The translations under genes were made by a program, and so were the position numbers. The notes beneath the pieces were generated by a model. It did not search any database. It saw nothing but the letters and a program-made list of their open reading frames with translations, and was not told the DNA's origin. From an uncultured archaeon (lineage in GTDB: Archaea; Asgardarchaeota; Thorarchaeia; Thorarchaeales; Thorarchaeaceae), in assembly GCA_964473825.1 (NCBI GenBank), contig CAYYQL010000057.1:1-11149 (forward strand): a DNA stretch of 11,149 nt, in the 5' to 3' direction. Position 1 is the first letter of the stretch, and each line of letters starts with the position of its first letter. Shown in pieces: positions 1-7,288 of the stretch.

Positions 1-350
1 ATCTCAGGCTCTTCAACTCCGTACAGCTTGGCGAAATACTGGAGATTCTCCTGTGCCGACATTGTAAGGTAGAGAGTATGATTTCCCTCTTCGGGTAGTA
101 CGCCTATGCTCTGTCGAACGGCAACAGGTTCTCTCAATATGTCATGCCCAGCGACTTGAGCTGTTCCTGATGTTGGTCTCAGTAGTGTGCAGAGCATCCG
201 AATTGTTGTCGTCTTTCCTGCGCCATTTGGACCGAGGAGACCGAAAATAGTTCCCTTTGGGACTTCGAGGCTGAGATTGTCCACTGCAATCAGGTCGCCA
301 AACCGCTTGGTGAGTTCAGATATCACAACATCGCTCACAAGAATCACCAT
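1..350 (-). CDS. ABC transporter ATP-binding protein (multidrug/ABC-2, DrrA/CcmA-like), 3' part truncated by the window edge
   Basis: Not in the ORF track. Manual reverse-strand translation gives MVILVSDVVISELTKRFGDLIAVDNLSLEVPKGTIFGLLGPNGAGKTTTIRMLCTLLRPTSGTAQVAGHDI...TMSAQENLQYFAKLYGVEEPE, with Walker A GPNGAGKT. Start is ATG at 350 or GTG at 338 (preceded by SD-like GGTGAT). Confidence 0.95.
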   Translation of the reverse strand, partial: MVILVSDVVISELTKRFGDLIAVDNLSLEVPKGTIFGLLGPNGAGKTTTIRMLCTLLRPTSGTAQVAGHDILREPVAVRQSIGVLPEEGNHTLYLTMSAQENLQYFAKLYGVEEPE

Positions 351-460
351 CAGTGTTGCCCAAAGAGTGACGAGCCAGGGCTACATCGTCCTGCAGGGCA
401 TTTCCAGATTAAAGTGTAGCGCATAATCTCGTCTTCTCGATGAGTGTCAGCTCCGATTCA

Positions 461-727
461 TCAAGTAGACAGCATCTTCTCAACGACAGCCGTGGTTGTG
501 TCCTTGATGCCTGGTATGGAGTGTATCCTGTGAACTGTAATATCATACAGGTCCTCAAGGCTCGCAACCTCAAGCCGTATGATTATATCGTAGACTCCTG
601 TTGTCACTGCGATCTTCGTCGCCTCATCTATCAAACGTAGCTGCTGTAGTACTTCGTCGGTCTTCCCGAGCTCAATTTCCATCAGGAGGTACGCCAATAC
701 AGTTTCAGTCATCTCTCTCTTCTCCAT
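461..727 (-). CDS. Stand-alone Lrp/AsnC ligand-binding (RAM) domain protein, no HTH
   Basis: Pattern AYLLMEIELGKTDEVLQQL...AVTTGVYDIIIRLEVASLEDLYDITVHRIHSIPGIKDTTTAVV matches the AsnC C-terminal beta-alpha-beta-beta-alpha-beta domain (TGxYD and PG[IV]xxTxT motifs). Alternative start is ATG at 712 (83 aa). Confidence 0.9.
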   Translation of the reverse strand: MEKREMTETVLAYLLMEIELGKTDEVLQQLRLIDEATKIAVTTGVYDIIIRLEVASLEDLYDITVHRIHSIPGIKDTTTAVVEKMLST

Positions 728-741
728 GTTTGTATCTCAAT

Positions 742-2001
742 CTATCTGTAATCCTTTAGAACAACCAGAGTCTGTACGGTCTTGACTCCTGTGATATCTT
801 GAATCTTTCTCAGAATTATCTTTCTTGTCTTCGGCAGACTTCTGCTCCTAACGCTCAGCAGATAGTCGTGTTTTCCTGCTAGAGCAGAGGCGGTTTCAAC
901 ACCGCGAATCGCATAGAGGTCAGACAACAGGTCAGGAGTCCTAGGTTGGACTTTCACAAGAATGATAGACCTGACATCAGATGCCTCGAGGGCAATCACC
1001 CCAATCATTACCAATGTGATACCGGACACTCTCAACGTCCACAGAAAGGCATCAGAAGATATGAACCCAAACGCTCCGGGCAACAGAAGATTTCCAACTA
1101 GGGTCATTGGTATGCCGAGCACTACCGATATTGCGGACAAAGAGTTGACTACGGCCATTGAGCCCCGACCCAACGCCCGAACATACAGGACAACAGACAG
1201 GAACGTCGTAACGGAAGAACCAACCATGAAACCTAGAAGAGGAATGAACTTTGCTGTTATCGTATCCCAGTTCGACTCGTTCATGCTCGGTAAGGAGAGT
1301 AATGTGAAGACCAAGTCAAGAACGAGCAGGGACCAAACACGCATGTTCAACGAGTCAACTCGGAGTCCAGGACGCACTTCATATCGTTTTGCACGACGCT
1401 GGTAGTATGTAGTCAATGCAGATGAGATATTCATTGGAATGAGAACAATCACGAGTGTGGCCAAGTCGAAGCCGCCAGGTGATGCACCAATGAGTAGAAC
1501 GCCGAGTAATATCGATAGTATACAGTGAACTTCAACGATGGTTGGAGTATCCTTCTCAGCAAACAGATCTCCCACTAAGAGATAGATTATGACTAGCTGT
1601 CCGTATGGCAGGACTGAAGAGGTATCAGACCTTCCAACCAGAACATAATAGGAATACGTGGAGATCCCAGCAAATATGCCGGCAAACACGACGTACATCA
1701 ATGGCTTCTTAGGAAGAATGGAGAGACGTCCGAAGTCAGGATCGAGGTCATAGCCCAGAGGTCGCCGTTTACCATCACGTTGACGGTTCAGACTCAAAAA
1801 CGCCACGAGAGATACGGTCACAAGGAACGATACCCATTGAGACATGAAACCGAAGACCAGCGGGTCGTCTATTGCTGTGTTAACAGCAACAATATCAAAA
1901 CCCACAGAAATAGTGCGCATTACTCCCGAACCTAATGCCAGAAGATAGAGAGTCTGGATACTCGAGAATCTTCCCACTGGCCTCTGACTACGGCTACTCA
2001 A
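742..2001 (-). CDS. DMT/EamA-like multi-pass membrane protein with a C-terminal Lrp/AsnC (RAM) domain
   Basis: About 10 hydrophobic segments in two halves with DMT-like signatures (YYVLVGRSDTSSVLPYGQLVIIYLLVGDLFAEK...ILLGVLLI; YVRALGRGSMAVVNSLSAISVVLGIP...GITLVMIGVIAL). The last 78 aa (745-978) match RAM: SIILVKV...IRGVETASALAGKHDYLLSV...IQDITGVKTVQTLVV. TTG start preceded by GGGGTGGAG. Confidence 0.8.
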   Translation of the reverse strand: MSSRSQRPVGRFSSIQTLYLLALGSGVMRTISVGFDIVAVNTAIDDPLVFGFMSQWVSFLVTVSLVAFLSLNRQRDGKRRPLGYDLDPDFGRLSILPKKPLMYVVFAGIFAGISTYSYYVLVGRSDTSSVLPYGQLVIIYLLVGDLFAEKDTPTIVEVHCILSILLGVLLIGASPGGFDLATLVIVLIPMNISSALTTYYQRRAKRYEVRPGLRVDSLNMRVWSLLVLDLVFTLLSLPSMNESNWDTITAKFIPLLGFMVGSSVTTFLSVVLYVRALGRGSMAVVNSLSAISVVLGIPMTLVGNLLLPGAFGFISSDAFLWTLRVSGITLVMIGVIALEASDVRSIILVKVQPRTPDLLSDLYAIRGVETASALAGKHDYLLSVRSRSLPKTRKIILRKIQDITGVKTVQTLVVLKDYR

Positions 2002-2070
2002 CTACTCCACCCCAAGATGACTCTGTTGGGAGATGCATTCAACCTCTCCCAACCTGACGCACCACAAACA

Positions 2071-2991
2071 CTAGTCGGAGTCTTGGTCGTCTTGATGCTT
2101 CTGAGCAAGAATGAACTCGTCGAATGTCATTCTCTTTCCGGCCTGGAGCTTCTCGACGGCTTCCTCCACGCGTTCCTTCTGTTGAGCCTTCTGTCTCGCT
2201 TTTCGTTCAGTTCGAGTGGCATCGTGCTTGTCAGTCACTTGTTTCCGAATCTTGCCGTTAATCTTGTCAATCTCGGAACGAATCTCCTTCAGACGCTCTT
2301 CGCCAGCCTTTACCTTCTTCAGCCATTCAACGAATTTGTGATGAGCGGTATCAGCAGCTTTCTTCTCTTGCTCTAACTGCGGGCGAATCCGAACAACTTC
2401 TTGATGGTGAACTTGGGACTTCTCTGACAGATCTAAAACTGCTTGATGGGCATCTGAAGCCTCTTCTTTCAGCCTTCGGGCCAAGCGCCGCAGTTCATTG
2501 ATACGATCTTGCTTCTCTTTCTCTTGGCCGATGCGAATCAGCTGCTTCTCTATTTCAGTAATCTCTTCAACAATAGAACGTTCCTCATCGATTGTGAGCT
2601 GTTCAGTCTGCTGTTTCCATTCGAGTTCTTCAACCCTGCGCATCATCTTTCGTTGATCCGTAGACGGACTCCCAACAAGGTTGCTTCTTAGCTCTCGAAT
2701 TTCGTCGTAGATACCCTTCAACTGCTGGTGGATTGCTGTCCGTCTAGACTTAGCATCCTGGATCTTCTCGTTTATCAGATCGCGCTCTTCACGTTCAGCC
2801 TTCACCGATTCAATCAGAGCACGGACTTCTTTATTGTGCTCGTCACGAATGGCTTTGTACTCCCGCATCTTATCGCGATCTCTGCGGAGCTCCTCAAGCT
2901 CATCTCTCGCCTTTGACTTGAGTTCCCGCATGTTTGCCCTTAGACCCTCAACATCTTCCACTGAGTCAGTTTTATCAGCTGCTTCTGTCAA
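2071..2991 (-). CDS. Archaeal coiled-coil protein (COG1340-like)
   Basis: E/K/R-rich heptad sequence with family-like motifs ELEWKQQTEQLTIDEERSIVEEI, SQVHHQEV, ADTAHHKFVE and C-terminal EKLQAGKRMTFDEF. TTG start with SD-like GAGGT about 10 nt upstream. Confidence 0.8.
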   Translation of the reverse strand: MTEAADKTDSVEDVEGLRANMRELKSKARDELEELRRDRDKMREYKAIRDEHNKEVRALIESVKAEREERDLINEKIQDAKSRRTAIHQQLKGIYDEIRELRSNLVGSPSTDQRKMMRRVEELEWKQQTEQLTIDEERSIVEEITEIEKQLIRIGQEKEKQDRINELRRLARRLKEEASDAHQAVLDLSEKSQVHHQEVVRIRPQLEQEKKAADTAHHKFVEWLKKVKAGEERLKEIRSEIDKINGKIRKQVTDKHDATRTERKARQKAQQKERVEEAVEKLQAGKRMTFDEFILAQKHQDDQDSD

Positions 2992-3016
2992 GACTACTAT
3001 ACCTCAGAACTTCATT

Positions 3017-3082
3017 TTACAGGCCTTGCTTTCGCAAGACGGATTCCTCTTCCCCTCGTTAAGAAGGGTCGTTCTGTAATCC
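3017..3082 (-). promoter_or_regulatory. Putative structured 5' leader RNA (three-way junction with GAAA tetraloop)
   Basis: Minus strand: UUACAG/CUGUAA encloses CCCUUC-UUAAC-GAGGGG and GUCUUGC-GAAA-GCAAGGC. It lies between a TATA-like TTTTAAG (3106-3100) and the SD of the coiled-coil gene. Confidence 0.45.
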
Positions 3083-3099
3083 ATCGCCCGAATTCTCGT

Positions 3100-3106
3100 C
3101 TTAAAA
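3100..3106 (-). promoter_or_regulatory. TATA-like box for the coiled-coil gene or operon
   Basis: TTTTAAG on the minus strand in intergenic DNA, about 110 nt upstream of the TTG at 2991. Confidence 0.45.
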
Positions 3107-3180
3107 GTGTATCCATGAGAACACATCAGAAGGGGCAGCTGAGGCCCTAAGGAGCCAGATTAAAGCCTGATCGGTTTCGA

Positions 3181-3198
3181 GTTTTCTAGTAAGAAAAC
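3181..3198. repeat. Perfect 7-bp inverted repeat (terminator or operator candidate)
   Basis: GTTTTCT-agta-AGAAAAC, about 20 nt downstream of the ATP-grasp gene stop. Confidence 0.45.
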
Positions 3199-3218
3199 GA
3201 GAATTATTGGATCATAGC

Positions 3219-4118
3219 TCAACAAAGAGCGAATGTCTGAGCTATTCGTGCGGATATGTCAAAATCAGTAACACTCTGGATACCACTCCAACCAGGAGTT
3301 GCATTGACTTCAAGGACGTAGAGATTCCCATCACAGCTAGGAATGATGTCCACCCCAACAAAACGCCCTTTCACACAACTAGCAGCTTGTAGAGCTAAGT
3401 CTTCGACATCAATGTCATTTGGTCTTGCCACTCCGCCCGCGTGAATGTTAGTGACTATCCCGTCTTGAGTATGTCTCTGCATGGTTGTTATCACTTCGCC
3501 TTCAAGAACCAATGCTCTGATATCAAAGCCGGGACTGGAAACCAGTTCCTGCAACAGAAAGGCACCCCGTCCGAAGAGCTGACTATGAAACTTCAAGTAA
3601 TCGTAGATGTTCTCAAGATCAAAGGGATCGCTTATCAATTGAACACCGACTCCACCAAACCCGACCAGAGGTTTCAATACACAGGGATTCCTCTCAAGCA
3701 CGAATCTGGCCGCCTCCTCAATGGACTCTGTAATCAGAGTATCAGGAACGGGAAGTCCTGCGGACACCAAACGTCTCATGCACTCAGCTTTGTTTCGCAT
3801 CTGCAGTATCGACCAGACAGAATTGATGATTTCAATGCCCAGATCCTGCATTGCTGATAGGATTCCAACACGATGAAAGAATGTTCCAATGTCCATACCG
3901 CCAAGGTCTAAGACAAGTACTCGTCTGAGACTACTCAGGTCTTCTCCTTCACATGTAAGTCTATGAGAGTCAGAAGACATCTGTCGCATGACTTTCCAAG
4001 GAAGGACTCTCCTGGTCTGTATTCTGAGGGCGGCAAAGGATGCCTCAAGTGAGGCGGCCCTTCGGGAGGTGTGGTCTGATGAGAATAGGCCAATCTTCGA
4101 GCTTGATTCTGAAAGCAT
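3219..4118 (-). CDS. RimK-family ATP-grasp alpha-L-glutamate ligase (possibly MptN-like, tetrahydromethanopterin:glutamate ligase)
   Basis: Motifs RNKA, GLPVPDT, VLKPLVGFGGVGV, LLQE, DIRALV, TNIHAGG, FVGVDII, VLEVNATPGW. The FHRVGILSAMQDLGIEIINS segment resembles the MptN/Orf5 subgroup, but the substrate cannot be determined by eye. Confidence 0.9.
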   Translation of the reverse strand: MLSESSSKIGLFSSDHTSRRAASLEASFAALRIQTRRVLPWKVMRQMSSDSHRLTCEGEDLSSLRRVLVLDLGGMDIGTFFHRVGILSAMQDLGIEIINSVWSILQMRNKAECMRRLVSAGLPVPDTLITESIEEAARFVLERNPCVLKPLVGFGGVGVQLISDPFDLENIYDYLKFHSQLFGRGAFLLQELVSSPGFDIRALVLEGEVITTMQRHTQDGIVTNIHAGGVARPNDIDVEDLALQAASCVKGRFVGVDIIPSCDGNLYVLEVNATPGWSGIQSVTDFDISARIAQTFALC

Positions 4119-4176
4119 CTGACGCTCACTGTCTGGTTTTCATGAGTGTATGTGTGCTAAAGCCATAGCGTGTCGC

Positions 4177-4198
4177 TTTTAACAGGTTGGGTCAACCT
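4177..4198 (+). promoter_or_regulatory. TATA-like box followed by a palindromic operator candidate
   Basis: TTTTAA (4177-4182) immediately followed by AGGTTG-ggt-CAACCT (4184-4198) in the divergent intergenic gap. Confidence 0.4.
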
Positions 4199-4200
4199 CT

Positions 4201-4599
4201 ATGTGGTTTATGATGAAGCTCTTCTCAAGCTCGGAAACTCAGAGAATATCACACTCGATTAACACGAAGCCAGGAAGCTATGTAATCAGCTTTCGGAATA
4301 AGCACGGCCCCACACGGTTGAAAGAACTGTGGCTCGACTTTCTCGGGGATCTTGGACTTCAGACTGATTGTGTGAGTTGGTGGTCCAGCTCAGGGACCGT
4401 CGGATTGCTTGAGTGTGAACCGAGGAAGGGCGTGATTCTCTACGGTCAATGGGTTCTGGCTGATGATAATGAACTCATAGCGGTGCTTGAGGTGGATGAA
4501 GAAGATCTCGGCAACATCAGAGAAGGCTTCGACGCCGGGAATGTCACGTCGTACGCCATGCGCGCGATACGGATCGGAGAAACCGGCGACAAAGACTAA
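4201..4599 (+). CDS. Hypothetical protein (about 130 aa)
   Basis: ORF fills the gap between the ATP-grasp gene and glmS, has an upstream TATA-like box, and its stop overlaps the glmS stop (4596-4599). Real start may be ATG 4210 or 4213. No family recognised. Confidence 0.65.
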   Translation: MWFMMKLFSSSETQRISHSINTKPGSYVISFRNKHGPTRLKELWLDFLGDLGLQTDCVSWWSSSGTVGLLECEPRKGVILYGQWVLADDNELIAVLEVDEEDLGNIREGFDAGNVTSYAMRAIRIGETGDKD

Positions 4600-6428
4600 T
4601 CCACAGTCAGGGTCTTTGACAGATTTCTTGGCAAGTCAGGATTGATGCCCAAGTCAACGGAAAGATAGTAGCTTAGCATCTGAAGCGGAATCACATCAAG
4701 CAAGGGATTCAACAGGCCATCCGACTTAGGAACAACAAGGTAGTCAGTGATGTCATCGACGTAATGATTCAGAGAATCCTCGAACTCGCCCACAACAATC
4801 GTCCGACCGTGCCTTGCTTTGACTTCGTTGATATGATTGATGACCATCCAACTGTCCTCGGGTGTGGTGACAAATATGACCGGATATCCCTCTGTGACTA
4901 TGCTAAGAGGGCCATGTTTGAACTCTGATGAGTACATGCCTTCACAGTGATTGTAACAGATCTCCTTGATCTTCAAAGCTCCTTCACGAGCAACACCGTC
5001 CGTGAAACCGTAGCCTAGGCAATACAAATCCTTTACATCAAGCAGGGTGCGAGCAAGATTCTTTGTGAGTATTCCGGTCTTGTCGATGGTCTTCTGAGTC
5101 AATGCGGGAAGTTCGTTCTCAAGAAGAGTAATGAATCTCCTGGACTCCGAACGATCAAGGAATCCGTTCCTCTCCCCCAGTTTCGCAGCGAGGTAAGCAA
5201 AGATGACCGTCTGCGAGAAGTATGTCTTTGTGGCCGGAACTGACACCTCGTATCCGCATGCCATTGGAACATAGTCATCAGCCTGAAACATTAGCGTGCT
5301 CCCGATTACATTCACAACTCCCAGTGTCTTGCCCTTCTTGCTATCTTTCACAAGATTCAATATGTTCATGATATCTTTGGTTTCTCCACTCTGAGATACG
5401 AGCATGCAGAGTGTGTCCTCATCGAGGGTTTTACCGTACATTGGCTCAAACTGGCCGCCAATAACGGGAGTCACAGAAACGCCCGCGAGGCGGTTGAAGT
5501 AGTAGGTACCAACAATGCCCGCGTTATAGGAAGAACCACAGGCAATAAGGTATTTCTTCGAGGAATCCTCTATCATCTTAAGCCAGTTATCGCACTCTTT
5601 GCCACCCAGTACCCCTACGACATCCTGAGCTACTGTAGGCTGCTCATTAATCTCCTTGAGCATGAAATGAGGATATCCGCCTTTCTCAGCTGCGTGAGCA
5701 TCAACATTGCTGATTTCAGGTTGACGATCCAGATGCTTCCCGTCTTCAACTCGGTAGACCTTTACATCGTCAGGGGTCAAGACAACCATTTCGCCATCTT
5801 GAAGGTAGACCACGCGGTTCGTCAGAGGAAGTATTGAGGGTAGGTCACTGGAAACTATCGTGTCACTCCCAGCAACTCCGGCAACGAGAGAAGACCCCAT
5901 CTTGACCGCATAGATTTCGGGTTCATCAGCCCTACCTACGGCGTAAGCGAAGGCGCCCTTCAAATCACGGGTTGAGAGCCTCACGGCTTCGAACATATCG
6001 CCTTTTTGTTCATAGTACTTATCGACAGCATGCACACAGAGCTCACCATCATTCTCCGATCTTACGATGTGTCCTGCTTCAACGAGCTGAGCCCTGTATT
6101 CTGCGTAGTTGTGAAGATTGCCGTTATGGGCCCCATAGAAGACCTCTGTGCAACCATAATGCGGTTGAGCATTTACCTTGGTGGGAGCACCATAGGTAGC
6201 CCATCTTAGTTGAGCAATCCCTCTGTCGCCCTTCATCGCTGACAGGTTCAGCTGTCGGTCCACAATATCAATCGTTCCAACATCCTTCCGGAGATCGACT
6301 TTTCCATCCTTGACCGCTGCAACACCAACCGAGTCATAACCGCGGTAAGTAAGCTTTCGACTACACTTCACAAGTATTTCGCCAATATTCTCTCGATTCT
6401 TGCTAACGATGCCGGTAATCCCGCACAA
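4596..6428 (-). CDS. glmS: Glutamine--fructose-6-phosphate transaminase (isomerizing)
   Basis: N-terminal MCGI (catalytic Cys1), YRGYDSVG, RWAT, HNG, KGGYPHFMLKEINEQP, ACGSSY, SQSGET, PATKT, EGALKIKE, EFKHGP, and C-terminal PRNLSKTLTVD. 610 aa, TTG start with GAGGGAG upstream. Confidence 0.97.
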   Translation of the reverse strand: MCGITGIVSKNRENIGEILVKCSRKLTYRGYDSVGVAAVKDGKVDLRKDVGTIDIVDRQLNLSAMKGDRGIAQLRWATYGAPTKVNAQPHYGCTEVFYGAHNGNLHNYAEYRAQLVEAGHIVRSENDGELCVHAVDKYYEQKGDMFEAVRLSTRDLKGAFAYAVGRADEPEIYAVKMGSSLVAGVAGSDTIVSSDLPSILPLTNRVVYLQDGEMVVLTPDDVKVYRVEDGKHLDRQPEISNVDAHAAEKGGYPHFMLKEINEQPTVAQDVVGVLGGKECDNWLKMIEDSSKKYLIACGSSYNAGIVGTYYFNRLAGVSVTPVIGGQFEPMYGKTLDEDTLCMLVSQSGETKDIMNILNLVKDSKKGKTLGVVNVIGSTLMFQADDYVPMACGYEVSVPATKTYFSQTVIFAYLAAKLGERNGFLDRSESRRFITLLENELPALTQKTIDKTGILTKNLARTLLDVKDLYCLGYGFTDGVAREGALKIKEICYNHCEGMYSSEFKHGPLSIVTEGYPVIFVTTPEDSWMVINHINEVKARHGRTIVVGEFEDSLNHYVDDITDYLVVPKSDGLLNPLLDVIPLQMLSYYLSVDLGINPDLPRNLSKTLTVD

Positions 6429-6583
6429 ATTGCTCCCTCTGGTATGTGTTCGATGAGCAGATGAACCCGTGAACTTCTGATAATAAAGTGTTCTATGTAC
6501 AGAGTATTGTTTCCGTTGCCTGGCGAAGCCCTTTTATCGCTCTTTCGAGACATCACAGTAGGAGCCTGCGAGAGGAGCAAGCG

Positions 6584-7288
6584 ATGGGAAGAGGAAAGAG
6601 ATTATCATTGCTTCTGCATCCGTTCAGGAAGGACCTATATCAGGTGCTTTGTGAAAACCCTGGCACTTATCTTCTTGAACTCGTTAACCTCCTTGAGTCG
6701 CCTTTGGGTACGTTGACGTGGCACTTGAGGATGCTGCAAAGAGAAGGGCTCATCAAATCCACTAAATTCGCCGGAAAGCGTCTATACTATCCGAAGATGC
6801 TTCGTTCACAAGAGGCCGAGATGGCATATCTTACAATGCGTAGTGAAACAGCGCAGCAGATATTCACCCACATTGTTAACAATCCAGGCTGTTATCAGGA
6901 GCAACTGGCAGAAGAGCGTGGCGTACACCACGACACAATCAGATGGCATGTTGACAAAATGATAGAGGCGGGACTCGTAAGAGTCGAGCGAGAGGGAAGA
7001 AAAAAGAAACACTACCTAGCCAGGCTTGGAGAGGCGCTACTTGCCGGGAGTCTCAACACAATAACAGAGGCATTCGTCATTTTTCTCATGGATAAACTTG
7101 AGGAGGGATGTCTAAATCCTGAAATCAAGGAGAAGACATCGGAACGTGTCACCATCCGTATCGATTGCCCTGAGAGGGGAAATGATTGTTTTATCACAAT
7201 CAATCTGACAGAATGGCAATTTGAGTTCCTAGACGAAGAAACAATTGCTAGCAGACCGACCGAGGAAATCAGGGCAGAAGGCGCCTAG
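6584..7288 (+). CDS. Double winged helix-turn-helix transcriptional regulator (COG3398-like) with an extra C-terminal domain
   Basis: Two internal repeats: LYQVLCENPGTYLLEL...LTWHLRMLQREGLIK...GKRLYY and IFTHIVNNPGCYQEQL...IRWHVDKMIEAGLVRVEREGRKKKHY. Start moved from 6488 to ATG 6584 (SD GAGGAG; TTTTAT at 6532). Confidence 0.88.
   Translation: MGRGKRLSLLLHPFRKDLYQVLCENPGTYLLELVNLLESPLGTLTWHLRMLQREGLIKSTKFAGKRLYYPKMLRSQEAEMAYLTMRSETAQQIFTHIVNNPGCYQEQLAEERGVHHDTIRWHVDKMIEAGLVRVEREGRKKKHYLARLGEALLAGSLNTITEAFVIFLMDKLEEGCLNPEIKEKTSERVTIRIDCPERGNDCFITINLTEWQFEFLDEETIASRPTEEIRAEGA

Noticed and set aside
2071-2991. Coiled-coil protein as SMC, ESCRT-III or phosphoserine phosphatase
   Set aside because: No Walker or HAD motifs are present, and the sequence fits the generic COG1340 pattern better.
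2992-3084. 26-codon uORF (MDYRTTLLNEGKRNPSCESKACKMKF) in frame with the coiled-coil gene and separated from it by a single TGA, suggesting selenocysteine or readthrough
   Set aside because: The TGA overlaps the SD (TGAGGT), the ATG probably lies upstream of the predicted TSS, there is no redox-motif context, and no convincing SECIS was seen. It would be revived only if homologs show Cys or a conserved TGA here.
3050-3090. GGCGAUGG (fluoride riboswitch-like 5' end) and two ACGA words (guanidine-II-like) on the minus strand
   Set aside because: The required pairing partners are missing and the ACGA words do not cap hairpins.
3131-3176. TPP-riboswitch-like fragments (GGGG..CUGAG..CCC..CCUGAUCGG) on the + strand
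   Set aside because: It lacks the AAU loop and the GCGnAGGGA 3' half, and it is antisense to both flanking genes.
6429-6583. glmS ribozyme upstream of glmS
   Set aside because: The predicted leader is too short (TATA-like TTTATTA at 6487-6481) and no conserved ribozyme core is visible.
4596-7288. Overlapping stop codons of convergent gene pairs (4596-4599 and 7285-7288)
   Set aside because: This is common in compact archaeal genomes; it supports the gene calls but is not novel.
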